Below are positions 28,463-38,871 of a stretch of 64,000 bases of DNA, piece by piece; the stretch's first letter is position 1, and every line of letters begins with the position of its first letter. Where the stretch lies: assembly GCA_964642015.1 (NCBI GenBank), contig CAZXLF010000002.1, positions 159,678 to 223,677 of the forward strand, read 5' to 3'. The notes under the pieces are model-generated. The model was given only the letters and a program-made list of their open reading frames with translations. It was not told where the DNA came from and searched no databases. The position numbers and the translations under genes were made by a program. The stretch comes from an uncultured Planctomycetia bacterium. Lineage in GTDB: Bacteria > Omnitrophota > Gorgyraeia > 2-02-FULL-51-18.

Positions 28463-28875
28463 AAAATATGAATCCTATGAAAAATAGACCTGCATGGGCT
28501 TGGACGTTCGTGGTTCTCTATGCCGGCGTTATTTTTGCGGGCTCATGCATTCCCGGTTCTTCGCCGCTCCTTCGAAGTGTCGAAAAATATGTTTGGGATA
28601 AGTTACTCCATCTATTAGAATACTCTTTCTTGGGTATTCTGCTTGTACGCGCGCTATTCTTGAGCTTCAAGATCCGCTCGGCGGGATATCTTTCGTTCAT
28701 TGCTTTAGTGATAGGTGGTTTGTATTCCATCACCGACGAGTGGCACCAAAGTTTTGTCCCGATGCGGGATTCAAGCGCCGGGGATTGTCTGGCGGATTCG
28801 ATCGGTGTTTTTATAGGCGCCTTTTTATGGAGTTTTTTAATTTTAAAAAATATCAAGAAAGAATCTAATGTCTGA
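28459..28875 (+). CDS. VanZ-like family membrane protein
   Basis: Four TM helices. 'ITDEWHQSFVPMRDSSAGDCLADSIG' matches the VanZ conserved block. Confidence 0.55.
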   Translation: MKNMNPMKNRPAWAWTFVVLYAGVIFAGSCIPGSSPLLRSVEKYVWDKLLHLLEYSFLGILLVRALFLSFKIRSAGYLSFIALVIGGLYSITDEWHQSFVPMRDSSAGDCLADSIGVFIGAFLWSFLILKNIKKESNV

Positions 28876-30160
28876 AATAAAGGCTTTCGAAGGATGGAGG
28901 TACAATAAAGATAAAGTAAGAAACCTTGTATCCGTCTTGGCGCCTCCGTACGATGTGATCTCAAAAGAACAGCAGGAACGGTTCTATCAAATGAACCCAC
29001 ATAATGTCATTCGCCTTATTTTGGGCAAAACGAAAAGCGGAGATTCGATCCGACAAAATCAATACACACGTGCGCGCGATTATCTTTATGACTGGATCTC
29101 GAATGATTATTTAATGAAAGACAACAAACCTTCGATCTATGTCTATGTGCAGAACTACAAAGAATCCGGAAAACTGAGAGAGCGGATCGGTTTCATGGCT
29201 GCGATGAAGATCAACGAAGGCGAAGTCTTGAAACATGAGAATACGCTCGCCAAGCCAAAAAAAGACCGAATGGCCTTATTAAAGGAAGTAAGAACGAATC
29301 TCAGCCCGATATTTGGATTGTTTGAAGATAAGCAAGGGACGGTTCAAAAGGCCTTAAAGGGATCTTTAAAGTTGTCTCCGGCATTAGATGTGTCCGTCGA
29401 CGGCGTCAGGCATCGATTGTATGTAGAAGATCGCGAAGAACAAGTTTCACGCATATCCCGCGCGCTCAGCTCAAAACCAATGCTCATTGCTGATGGGCAC
29501 CACCGGTTCGAAGTGGCCTGCCAATATAAACGGCTGATGCATTCCAAATTTCCGGATTTGCAAGATGCGGCTTGGAATTACGTGATGACATATTTTTCGG
29601 ATCTGACCCATAATCCTTTTAAAATATTCCCAACGCATCGCTTGATCCAAGTTCCTAAGTCCATGAAAGATCCTTTGGATGTTTTGGCGAAAAGAGGACG
29701 TTTGAGCAAAGCGGGAAGCTTACAGCAGGTTTTATCGGCATTATCTCAGCCTCGCATCGCGCTGAAAAAGAAAGCATATTCATTCGGGATCTACAAAAGG
29801 AAAGAAGGATTTTTCCTTCTGGACCTGGATCCCAAGTTATCGGCGCAAATAAAGAAAAATCCCGTGGACCAACTCGATGTCGCCGTGCTTCATCGGATGT
29901 TGATCGAGCCATGTTTTAAGATCAAAGCGATAGAAAAATCATCGGCCATTGATTTTACCCGCGACGCTGAGGAGGCAAAAGTTTTGGTCGATAAAGGCAA
30001 GTTTGATCTTGCTTTATTTTTGAGACCGACTTCACTCAGCGAAATGGTCTTGGCATCCAAAAAAGGCATGAAAATGCCCCAAAAATCGACCTACTTTTAT
30101 CCCAAACTTTTGTCAGGTCTGGTGTTTCATCGTTTTGAAAACAATGGTGTCGGCCGATGA
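28868..30160 (+). CDS. DUF1015 family protein
   Basis: N-terminal 'IKAFEGWRYNKDKV…LAPPYDVISKEQQ' is typical of the DUF1015 N-terminus. Confidence 0.6.
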   Translation: MSEIKAFEGWRYNKDKVRNLVSVLAPPYDVISKEQQERFYQMNPHNVIRLILGKTKSGDSIRQNQYTRARDYLYDWISNDYLMKDNKPSIYVYVQNYKESGKLRERIGFMAAMKINEGEVLKHENTLAKPKKDRMALLKEVRTNLSPIFGLFEDKQGTVQKALKGSLKLSPALDVSVDGVRHRLYVEDREEQVSRISRALSSKPMLIADGHHRFEVACQYKRLMHSKFPDLQDAAWNYVMTYFSDLTHNPFKIFPTHRLIQVPKSMKDPLDVLAKRGRLSKAGSLQQVLSALSQPRIALKKKAYSFGIYKRKEGFFLLDLDPKLSAQIKKNPVDQLDVAVLHRMLIEPCFKIKAIEKSSAIDFTRDAEEAKVLVDKGKFDLALFLRPTSLSEMVLASKKGMKMPQKSTYFYPKLLSGLVFHRFENNGVGR

Positions 30161-30861
30161 TCAAACCTAAAGCGCTTACGTCGCTGTCGATCTTTTTCCC
30201 TTGTTACAATGAGGAGCAAAATGTCCAGACGATGATCGAACAGGCCGCCCAGGTCGGCAACGATTACGGCATCGATTATGAAATATTGATCGTGGATGAT
30301 GGCAGTTCGGACCGTTCTGTCAAGATGATTCAGGACGAAGCGAAAAAAAATTCTCATATTCGTTTGATTCAACACCCTAAAAATATGGGTTATGGTGCGG
30401 CCTTGAGAACGGGGCTCGCGAACGTGAAGAAAGATCTCGTATTTCTTACGGACGGCGACAACCAGTTCCGTTTGGCCGAGATGGAGAAGCTTTTTTCCAA
30501 GATCGACAGCTGTGACGTGGTCGTCGGTTACCGCATCAGCCGTCAAGATAAGGCGCACCGCCGGCTCAACGGATTTTTATGGACGCAGCTCAATAAAATT
30601 TTATTTGGACTTCCTGTCCGCGATGTCGACTGCGCGTTCAAGCTTTTCAGAAAAAAAACTCTTGAAGGCCTTGAGTTAAAATCAGATCATTTACTGATCC
30701 ACGCCGAGATCCTGGCCCGCCTTAAGAAGAAAGGTTATAAGATCGAGGAGATCGGCGTAACCCATTATCCGCGCACGGCCGGCAAAGCGACCGCGACCGG
30801 TGTGACACGTATCCTGAAGACCTTCAAAGAACTTTTTGGGCTTTATTGGCAGATCAAATAA
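30157..30861 (+). CDS. Family 2 glycosyltransferase (polyprenyl-phosphate sugar transferase-like)
   Basis: 'LSIFFPCYNEEQNV…ILIVDDGSSDRS', DxD 'TDGD'. Confidence 0.8.
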   Translation: MIKPKALTSLSIFFPCYNEEQNVQTMIEQAAQVGNDYGIDYEILIVDDGSSDRSVKMIQDEAKKNSHIRLIQHPKNMGYGAALRTGLANVKKDLVFLTDGDNQFRLAEMEKLFSKIDSCDVVVGYRISRQDKAHRRLNGFLWTQLNKILFGLPVRDVDCAFKLFRKKTLEGLELKSDHLLIHAEILARLKKKGYKIEEIGVTHYPRTAGKATATGVTRILKTFKELFGLYWQIK

Positions 30862-30965
30862 TCAGGATTTGCATAGATTGTTAGTTTTTGTTATTGATTG
30901 AATAGGTTGTCTGGCTATGTTATTATGCCACGTTTATGGATCGTAGTTTTTAAGGAGTCCTCATC

Positions 30966-31817
30966 TTGTCTCCGTTTAATTCAAAAGCAAAAGTCAGCAC
31001 TATCCGCATTCTGAAGCGCCGGGATATTCCCGAAGGGCTTTGGACCAAATGCGAAGTGTGCGGCGAGATCGTCTATAACAAAACGCTTGAAGAAGATCTT
31101 AAGGTCTGCCCAAAATGCGATTACCATTTCACGTTGTCCGCTCCGGAGCGTGTAGCCCAATTAATTGATGAAGGCACTTTCAGTGAGATGGACAAGGATC
31201 TAAGATCTGGCGATCCGATAAAATTCAGAGGTCCTAAATCCTATGTTTCTAAATTAAAGGAAGATCAGGTTGCAACGGGTCTGACTGACGCGGTTATTAC
31301 CGGCGAGGGATCGCTTTCCAAAACAAAAGTGGCGCTCGGGGTGACGGATTCCCGATTCATCATGGGCTCCATGGGTTCTGTTGTTGGGGAAAAGCTGACA
31401 CGATTGATCGAACATGCGACCGCGAAGAAGCTTCCGATCATCATCGTATCGGGTTCGGGCGGCGGCGCGAGGATGTACGAAGGCATGTTTTCGTTGATGC
31501 AAATGGCAAAAACATCTCAAGCCCTAGCCAAACATCATGAAGCGAACCAATTTTTTATTTCGGTGCTCACTAATCCCACAATGGCGGGAGTTATGGCGAG
31601 TTTCGCGTCGTTGGGAGACCTAATCATCGCCGAGCCGCGTGCGCTGATCGGTTTTACGGGGCCGCGCGTGATCGAACAGACAATAAGACAAAAATTACCC
31701 GAAGGATTTCAGACGTCAGAATTTCTGCTTGAGCATGGAATGATAGACAAGATCGTTCATAGGAAGCAGTTGAAATCGGTTCTTCATCAATTGATCGAAT
31801 TTGTGGGTGTAAAGTAA
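30966..31817 (+). CDS. accD: Acetyl-CoA carboxylase carboxyltransferase beta subunit
   Basis: N-terminal zinc ribbon 'CEVCGEIVY…CPKCDYH', then the carboxyltransferase domain. Apparent TTG start. Confidence 0.9.
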   Translation: MSPFNSKAKVSTIRILKRRDIPEGLWTKCEVCGEIVYNKTLEEDLKVCPKCDYHFTLSAPERVAQLIDEGTFSEMDKDLRSGDPIKFRGPKSYVSKLKEDQVATGLTDAVITGEGSLSKTKVALGVTDSRFIMGSMGSVVGEKLTRLIEHATAKKLPIIIVSGSGGGARMYEGMFSLMQMAKTSQALAKHHEANQFFISVLTNPTMAGVMASFASLGDLIIAEPRALIGFTGPRVIEQTIRQKLPEGFQTSEFLLEHGMIDKIVHRKQLKSVLHQLIEFVGVK

Positions 31818-31820
31818 AGA

Positions 31821-32924
31821 ATGGCGCAAGTCAGTTTAATAAACGTCGGAAAAATTTACCCCGGCAACATTCAGGCAGTCGATAATGTCAGTTTAGGGAT
31901 CGAACGCCGTGAGTTCGTAGTTTTGGTCGGACCTTCGGGCTGCGGCAAGACCACGGTCTTGAGAATGATCGCCGGACTTGAGGAGATCTCAAGCGGCAAG
32001 ATCTTTATCGGCAACAAACTTGTCAATGATGTTCCTCCGAAAGACAGAGATATCGCAATGGTGTTCCAAAATTACGCGCTTTATCCGCACATGACCGTAT
32101 TCCAGAATATGGCATTCGCTCTGAAACTCAGAAAATATCCGAAAGCCGAGATCGAATCGAGAGTCAATGACGCGGCCGAGATCTTGGGAATAAAAAAACT
32201 GCTCAATAGAAAACCCAAAGAGCTTTCAGGCGGACAAAGACAGCGCGTAGCGCTTGGCCGTGCGATCGTCAGAAAACCTATGGTGTTCCTGTTTGACGAA
32301 CCGCTAAGTAATCTAGATGCGAAATTGCGCGTGCAGATGAGAACTGAGATCAAAAAACTCCATCAACGTTTACAGGCAACGATCGTTTATGTGACGCATG
32401 ACCAAACAGAAGCTTTGACGATGGGAGACCGCATTGTTGTTTTAAAAGACGGGCAGATCCAGCAGGTTGCCGACCCCATTACGCTTTATGACCGGCCGGT
32501 GAATAAATTTGTCGCTAGCTTTATCGGAAGCCCTCCGATGAATTTTTTGAACGGTGTGGTTGTTTCGCTCGACAATAAACTTTATTTCCAGAACGGTCCG
32601 TTCAAGGTGCGCGTGAACGACGCTGCGACTCCGAAAGTGATGCCTTATGCCAATAAAGAGATCGTGTTGGGCATCCGTTCCGAGGATATTTACGATAAAT
32701 TGTTCGCTTCCGAAGCCTCACAGGACAATACGGTCAGGGCTACCTGCGAAGTGGTGGAGCCGATGGGCGCGGAGGCATATCTTTACCTTCGCTGCGGCAC
32801 CAATACATTTATAGCGCGTGTATCCGGCCATGTGCGTCCCGGAGTCAATCAGGACCTGGATCTGGTTTTGGATATGGGTAAAGCCCACTTTTTCGACAAG
32901 AATACGGAAAAAGCGATCTTATAG
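31821..32924 (+). CDS. Sugar ABC transporter ATP-binding protein (MalK/UgpC type) with C-terminal regulatory domain
   Basis: Walker A 'GPSGCGKTT', signature 'LSGGQRQRVALGRA', Walker B 'FLFDEPLSNLD'. Confidence 0.85.
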   Translation: MAQVSLINVGKIYPGNIQAVDNVSLGIERREFVVLVGPSGCGKTTVLRMIAGLEEISSGKIFIGNKLVNDVPPKDRDIAMVFQNYALYPHMTVFQNMAFALKLRKYPKAEIESRVNDAAEILGIKKLLNRKPKELSGGQRQRVALGRAIVRKPMVFLFDEPLSNLDAKLRVQMRTEIKKLHQRLQATIVYVTHDQTEALTMGDRIVVLKDGQIQQVADPITLYDRPVNKFVASFIGSPPMNFLNGVVVSLDNKLYFQNGPFKVRVNDAATPKVMPYANKEIVLGIRSEDIYDKLFASEASQDNTVRATCEVVEPMGAEAYLYLRCGTNTFIARVSGHVRPGVNQDLDLVLDMGKAHFFDKNTEKAIL

Positions 32925-32937
32925 CATTTGAGCCCTT

Positions 32938-34368
32938 TTGGGGGAGGATGGTCCTCTGCCAGTTTTTTTTATTCCCATCGTTGCTTTTATTGTCTGGTTC
33001 TTCGCGTTATTCCCTTATTTAACTTTCCTTAAATTCGATTTTGATCTGAGCGATCAGCTGATCAGCGCTTATTTTTTTGTCTCCTACCTTATCCTGGTCT
33101 TTGCGTGGGCTCTTTCCGGACCTATTGCTTCGGCGGTTTTGAGTTTCTTATTATCGGCATTGGCGCTTTACATTTTTTTGGTCACGAAAGAACCCGCCTT
33201 CTTGCTGCAGCTTTTGATTTATGCGGCGTTTTATTTTCTCACGGTCTCGTTCCTTTTGCATATTCAGAAAAAGACCAATAATAAGCAGATCGTAAAAGAA
33301 AAGCTGATCGAGGATATTCATTGGACGGAAGAGGAGATCAACAAGAAAGCTGCGTTAAAAGAGGCGCTGGGAAAAAAGATAGACCGTTTTTTAGGGCTAC
33401 AAAAATTTTCTGAAGAGTTAAAGGAGATCAGAGAGGTTGAGACCGCTTCGCAGAGAATTGTAAAAGAGGTCTATGATGTTTTGGGAAAAGCGGACGAATG
33501 CGTGCTATATCTTGTCGATGAAAGCCGCCAGCAGCTGTCTTTGGTTGCTAGCCATTCATTGGGCGACGGTGTGGTCAAAGAAAAAGAAGGCGGTGTCTTT
33601 GATCACTGGGTGATGAAAAAGGCTCAAGGCCTGATGGTCGATGATACTTTAAACGATTTTCGATTTTCGGAAGATGTGAAAAGAACTTCTCACCGTTTTC
33701 GTTCCATCTGTGCGAATGCGATGATGACCGGGAACAAAGCGCTCGGGGTTGTCAGAGTCAGCGCGGTTGAACCCGGTGTTTTCAACGCTGACGATCTTAG
33801 ATTGATCGATATATTTTCAAATCTAGGTTCGGTGACACTGAAAAACCTGCTTTTGTACGAAAAAATGGAAGAAATGGCGACGCATGATAGTTTGACAGGC
33901 CTCTATTTGAATCGGTTTTTTAGGGAAAAACTTACTGAAGAACGCCGCCGCACTGATTATAGTCGAAAACCGTTTTCGCTGATCATGATCGATGTGGATT
34001 ATTTCAAGCAATGCAACGATGACTACGGACATTCGGCAGGGGATATTGTTTTGAAAAGCGTTGCGTCGATCATCTTGTCTTGCCTTGAGTCCGTAGATGC
34101 GGCGTCACGGTACGGCGGAGAAGAATTCATGGTTTTGATGCCCAATAAGAATTTAAAAGAAGCTCTGGCTGTTGCCGAGAAGATCAGGTCAAAGATCGAA
34201 AAGTATCAGTTTGTTTTCCGACGCGCGGAAGCTCATGTGACTGTTTCTTTGGGGGTCGTGACATATCCCGATACAAGCGGAGATGAAGAAGAGCTGCTTC
34301 GCAAAGTTGACCAATACCTTTACCATGCCAAAAGATCCGGAAGGAATCGGGTATGTGGAAATTCATAA
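32938..34368 (+). CDS. Membrane-bound GAF-domain diguanylate cyclase (GGDEF)
   Basis: About five N-terminal TM helices, a central GAF-like region, then GGDEF 'RYGGEEF' with 'DVDYFKQCNDDYGH'. Confidence 0.8.
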   Translation: MGEDGPLPVFFIPIVAFIVWFFALFPYLTFLKFDFDLSDQLISAYFFVSYLILVFAWALSGPIASAVLSFLLSALALYIFLVTKEPAFLLQLLIYAAFYFLTVSFLLHIQKKTNNKQIVKEKLIEDIHWTEEEINKKAALKEALGKKIDRFLGLQKFSEELKEIREVETASQRIVKEVYDVLGKADECVLYLVDESRQQLSLVASHSLGDGVVKEKEGGVFDHWVMKKAQGLMVDDTLNDFRFSEDVKRTSHRFRSICANAMMTGNKALGVVRVSAVEPGVFNADDLRLIDIFSNLGSVTLKNLLLYEKMEEMATHDSLTGLYLNRFFREKLTEERRRTDYSRKPFSLIMIDVDYFKQCNDDYGHSAGDIVLKSVASIILSCLESVDAASRYGGEEFMVLMPNKNLKEALAVAEKIRSKIEKYQFVFRRAEAHVTVSLGVVTYPDTSGDEEELLRKVDQYLYHAKRSGRNRVCGNS

Positions 34369-35666
34369 TTTTTAACAGCGCCTGGTGTTTTATCTTGCTC
34401 ACCGCTTATTATGTCAGGCATCGGGTTTGGCGGTTCGCAGTAATTTTTTCGGCCTTTTTTATGGCGCTGTCGGCGATGTTCCAGAAAAACGTCGACCCTT
34501 TTGCATGGTTATGCTACCTGATATTTTCGCTGATCATTTTTTGGGGCGGGCAACAATTGAAGCGCTGGTCTTACGCTCATTTGTCGGCTTTGGAATATGA
34601 TATAGAAGAAGCGTCCAGATATTTAGGGACCGAGCACTCGCTGCTTGAGCAAGGTGTTCGTGATGCCACCGAACTGAATCGCCGTGCGAATGAAATGTAT
34701 TATTTGTACGACAAGATCAAAGAAATGTCCCAGAGCATGGACAAATTCGAAGCTTTTTTGGTGTTCGGCGAAGCGCTTTCTGCACAGTGCCATTTTGAAA
34801 CGATGATACTGGCTTTTTTCAACGACGAAAAAAGAGGGCAAAGAATCCCTTCGGAGGTCTACCGCTTTCAATACTCTAATTTCGAGGGATTGTTCGACAA
34901 GAATCATTTATTGAGGACCAAAAAAGAATTTGAAATAATTCCAGACCCATTCCTTAACAAGATCTTTGATAACGTGTTCGGCTCGGCAAAACCGTTAAGC
35001 GGCGACGGAGAATCATCATTCACGGCGTATCCGATCATGGTAAGCGGCAGCATTTCGGGGATCCTCGTGGTTACAGGCATGGGTAAGATCCAGTGCACGG
35101 CACTGCCTATTTTGACGGAGCGGTTCATTTCGGAGATCGAACGTATAAAGCTCTACGAAAAGGTCGAAATGCTTGCCGTTACCGACGGGCTGACGGGCGT
35201 CAGTGTCCGACGGCATCTGATGGAGCGTTTGGAAGGGGAGATTGGCCGTTCCAAGAAATTCGGGTTCGATGTTTCTTTTTTGATGATTGATGTGGATCAT
35301 TTTAAGGATATCAATGATCAATTCGGCCATCTTGTAGGGGATGTGGTTTTAAAACAAACGGCGGAAACCATCAAAAAAAATGTGCGTGAACTGGATCTGG
35401 TCGGCCGATACGGCGGGGAAGAATTTGGAGTACTTTTGGTGGAAACGGACCGTGCCGGAGCAAGGTTTGTCGCCGAAAGGATCCGTGCCGCGATCGCGGA
35501 AAGAGCTTTTAAGGCTTACGATGAAAATTTAAAGACGACAGTAAGTATCGGATGTGCGACGCTATCCAAAGTTTGTTCAGATGCCGGGTTGATCATCGAA
35601 AGCGCTGATCAAGCGCTTTATGAGGCGAAACACCAGGGCCGGAACAGGGTGCGTTTTCAGCCCTGA
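34353..35666 (+). CDS. Membrane-bound GAF-domain diguanylate cyclase (GGDEF), tandem paralog
   Basis: N-terminal TM helices. GGDEF 'RYGGEEF', 'DVDHFKDINDQFGH'. Confidence 0.8.
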   Translation: MWKFIIFNSAWCFILLTAYYVRHRVWRFAVIFSAFFMALSAMFQKNVDPFAWLCYLIFSLIIFWGGQQLKRWSYAHLSALEYDIEEASRYLGTEHSLLEQGVRDATELNRRANEMYYLYDKIKEMSQSMDKFEAFLVFGEALSAQCHFETMILAFFNDEKRGQRIPSEVYRFQYSNFEGLFDKNHLLRTKKEFEIIPDPFLNKIFDNVFGSAKPLSGDGESSFTAYPIMVSGSISGILVVTGMGKIQCTALPILTERFISEIERIKLYEKVEMLAVTDGLTGVSVRRHLMERLEGEIGRSKKFGFDVSFLMIDVDHFKDINDQFGHLVGDVVLKQTAETIKKNVRELDLVGRYGGEEFGVLLVETDRAGARFVAERIRAAIAERAFKAYDENLKTTVSIGCATLSKVCSDAGLIIESADQALYEAKHQGRNRVRFQP

Positions 35667-35684
35667 AGGGTCTTTAAGGCGATT

Positions 35685-35712
35685 TTGAGCAAATGAGTCT
35701 CTAAGGTATAAT
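35685..35712 (+). promoter_or_regulatory. Sigma70-like promoter candidate TTGAGC-N16-TATAAT upstream of ROK kinase/lptD
   Basis: Consensus -10 TATAAT at 35707-35712. -35 TTGAGC at 35685-35690. Confidence 0.35.
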
Positions 35713-35752
35713 AAGCGGTCTTCCGAAGTTCCTAAAACCATAAGGATCCTGT

Positions 35753-36706
35753 GTGGGTAAGACAGCAATAGGTGTAGATATAGGTGGCACGAGCGTCAAG
35801 CTTGGCGTTGTGAGTATTAATGGAAAAGTGCTCGAAAGATCGATGTTCATGACCTCGGGCTTTAAAGGTCGGGATAAGCTGTTAAACGCTCTAGTTATAC
35901 ATATCAATCGCCTTATTGATGCGGCTAGAAGAAAAAAGCATGCGGTTATCGGAGTGGGCATAGGTGTGCCAGGCCCTATAGATGTTGAACGCGGATTTGT
36001 TTATTTTTTTCCTAACATTCCGGGGTGGAAAAATACTCCGTTGAAGACTGTGCTTGAAAAACGTCTGCGGATGCCCGTGTGGATTGATAATGACGCGAGT
36101 GTGATGGCGCTGGCTGAGTTTCGTTACGGAGCCGGCAGAGGCATAAATAACATGATCGCTCTGACACTTGGGACAGGCGTTGGCGGAGGTATTGTGATCG
36201 GCGGAAAATTGTTCCATGGCCCCGCTTATTCAGCGGCTGAAATAGGGCATATGGTCTTGAACGAGAACGGTCCGCATTGCGGCTGCGGCAGCCGTGGATG
36301 CATTGAAACCTATGTCGGAAATGGCTATTTTGTAAAAGAGACCCGACGGCGGTTGAAGCATGGAAGTAAAAGTGTATTGAAAAAATGGGTGCAAATAGAC
36401 GGTAAAGAATTGACACCGCTGCTGGTCAGGCAGGCAGCGGACGCCGGCGACAGGATGGCCCGTCAGCTATGGGAAGAAACCGGTATGCATTTGGGCACAG
36501 CGCTTACAGGACTGGTCAATGTGCTGAATCCTCAGAGGATCATCCTCGGCGGAGGTATTTCCCAAAAGAATAAATATCTTTTTAGCGCCACTATTCGAAC
36601 GCTCAAGAAAAAAGCTTTTCCCATTGCGGGACGTTCTGTTAAAGTAGTGCCAGCGGCGCTGGGAGTAGATGCCGGTTTGATCGGTGCGGCGGCGTTAGCG
36701 TTTTAA
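35753..36706 (+). CDS. ROK-family glucokinase
   Basis: 'IGVDIGGTSVKLGVV' and ROK zinc motif 'CGCGSRGCIETY'. GTG start. Confidence 0.8.
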   Translation: MGKTAIGVDIGGTSVKLGVVSINGKVLERSMFMTSGFKGRDKLLNALVIHINRLIDAARRKKHAVIGVGIGVPGPIDVERGFVYFFPNIPGWKNTPLKTVLEKRLRMPVWIDNDASVMALAEFRYGAGRGINNMIALTLGTGVGGGIVIGGKLFHGPAYSAAEIGHMVLNENGPHCGCGSRGCIETYVGNGYFVKETRRRLKHGSKSVLKKWVQIDGKELTPLLVRQAADAGDRMARQLWEETGMHLGTALTGLVNVLNPQRIILGGGISQKNKYLFSATIRTLKKKAFPIAGRSVKVVPAALGVDAGLIGAAALAF

Positions 36707-38835
36707 TGAGAACAAGCCGAAGATCAATGAAACTATCCAAAAATCTCTTTCTTTTCTTTGTCATGATTTTATTCTTCGCAACTCCTGCCTTCGCCAGCAG
36801 TGCCATGCAAAAATTCGATATTCAATCCAAGAACGTTCCCATTCAGGTGCACGGTGACTCAGTAGAATATTTTCAGGAAGACCAAAAAGCAGTGGGAACA
36901 GGCCATGTGTCGATCAATTATGATGATGTTAAGCTCACAGCTGATAAGATCACGGTTTACATGGCTACAAAAATGGCTGTTGCTGAGGGGCATGTGACGC
37001 TTGTGCAAAAGGGAAGCGTGTTCACCGGCGATCGGGCAGAATTCAACTTTGCCACCAAGGTGGGTAATGTCTCGAAGATGAGCGGCTCGATGGAGCCGGG
37101 AATTTACGGTAAGGCCCAAAAGATCGAGAAGGTCTCTGATAAACAGTACCAGATCGTCGATAGTTATGTGACAACTTGCTGCGGAGACGACCCGTTCTAC
37201 AAGATCCAGTCCCATCAGATCGATTTTTTCCCCGATGATAAAGTGGTGATACGTAATGCAATATTGTTTATTAAAGGCGTCCCCGTGCTTTTTATCCCTT
37301 ATTATGTCCAGCCGTTCGTGGATATGGACAGATTTCCGGTGCAGATCGTTCCGGGAAAAAATTCTAAGTGGGGCCCGTTTGTTTTGACAAAGTGGCGATA
37401 TCATTTAGCTTCCCAGCCTAGTCTTCAGTCCCGCGGAAACATTCTTTTGGATTACCGTGCCAAGCGCGGTTTTGGTACCGGCGTGGAAAATTTTTACAAA
37501 GGCGATAAGATCGGCCACGGTGCTGCACGTCTTTATTACATTGAAGACCGCGATGCTCCACCGGATGCCGACAGCAGACGTTATCGCGTTCAGTGGCGTC
37601 ATCAAATGAAAGTTGCGGATTCCACGACCTTGACGGCGGAGGTCAACAAATTAAGCGATACGACAGTTGTCAGGGACTTTTTTTTCAGAGAAGAATATGC
37701 ACGCGACGCTTTTCCCGACAATTATGTTTCATTGATCACTTCAAAACCGGAATATACGTTCAGTGTGCTGGAGCGTCACCGTCTCGACAACCTTTTCCCT
37801 GTCGTTGAAAGAAATCCTGAGCTTCGGTTCGATACACATAATCATCAATTCGAAAACACCCCTTTCTATTATAGGCAAGAAATTCAGCTTTCCAATTTAA
37901 GCAATATGCCCGCTGGTGAAAACGAAGGAATTGATGCCACAAGATTAGACACGAATCACACGCTTTCTTATGCCGGTCGCGTCGGGGATCTCTCGGTGAC
38001 GCCGAGAGTCGGCACTCGTCAAACGTTTTATTCCCGGGATGTCAGCGGAGGGGATAATAATTTTATTCGTGGAACGTTTGATCCGGGTGTCGATGTGAGC
38101 ACACGGTTTTATAAGACTTATGATGTCTATGTGAAGGCTTTCGGCCTTGATTATAATCAAATCCGCCATATCTTCGAGCCGACGGTCAGTTATAACTACC
38201 GTCCCGATCCGACTGTTTTGCGGACAAAACTTGAGCAGTTCGATTCTTTGGATACGATCGATAAGCAGAATTTTATCCGTTTTAATTTTGAGAACAAACT
38301 GCAAACCAAGGAACATTCGTCACCTAATAATTTATATACACGCGAAATTGCAAGGGTCATCCCCTTCTTTGATACAGATCTTCATACCGGCAGAATGACA
38401 AACACCGGAATGAGAGCGGAGCTCAGGCCCTATTCGTGGATGGGCATCGAAGGTGACGTGGCTCTGGACCCTGAATCGCGCCACACAGATACAGCGGATC
38501 TTGATTTTTATATGCAGAACGATAGAATGCGTCTTGCTTTGGGGCAAAGGTACGCGCGCGATGAAAGCAGTCAGCTGACCTCTGAGATCCGTCTAAAAGT
38601 GACTTCGGACATGGATCTGAAACTGTATGAACGTTATGAATTTGAGACGAATGATTCCAAGGAATTCGAAGTCACGCTTTCCAAAGCGTTCAGCTGTCTC
38701 ATCGTTGATTTTACTTATAATCACCGTCAGGGGGACACATTTTATTTTGTATTTCGGTTGAAGTCGTTCCCGAAGGCTTCTTTTGGTCTTAGCCAATCGT
38801 ATGACAGTCCTAAAGCGACTTCGCAGAATCTGTAA
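36706..38835 (+). CDS. lptD: LPS-assembly outer-membrane protein LptD (OstA family)
   Basis: Signal peptide. N-terminal OstA/LptA-like jellyroll region, then a large beta-barrel-type C-terminal domain. Confidence 0.7.
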   Translation: MRTSRRSMKLSKNLFLFFVMILFFATPAFASSAMQKFDIQSKNVPIQVHGDSVEYFQEDQKAVGTGHVSINYDDVKLTADKITVYMATKMAVAEGHVTLVQKGSVFTGDRAEFNFATKVGNVSKMSGSMEPGIYGKAQKIEKVSDKQYQIVDSYVTTCCGDDPFYKIQSHQIDFFPDDKVVIRNAILFIKGVPVLFIPYYVQPFVDMDRFPVQIVPGKNSKWGPFVLTKWRYHLASQPSLQSRGNILLDYRAKRGFGTGVENFYKGDKIGHGAARLYYIEDRDAPPDADSRRYRVQWRHQMKVADSTTLTAEVNKLSDTTVVRDFFFREEYARDAFPDNYVSLITSKPEYTFSVLERHRLDNLFPVVERNPELRFDTHNHQFENTPFYYRQEIQLSNLSNMPAGENEGIDATRLDTNHTLSYAGRVGDLSVTPRVGTRQTFYSRDVSGGDNNFIRGTFDPGVDVSTRFYKTYDVYVKAFGLDYNQIRHIFEPTVSYNYRPDPTVLRTKLEQFDSLDTIDKQNFIRFNFENKLQTKEHSSPNNLYTREIARVIPFFDTDLHTGRMTNTGMRAELRPYSWMGIEGDVALDPESRHTDTADLDFYMQNDRMRLALGQRYARDESSQLTSEIRLKVTSDMDLKLYERYEFETNDSKEFEVTLSKAFSCLIVDFTYNHRQGDTFYFVFRLKSFPKASFGLSQSYDSPKATSQNL

Positions 38836-38871
38836 TGCATCTTTGCTCATATTATTAAAGGAAGGTATTAG

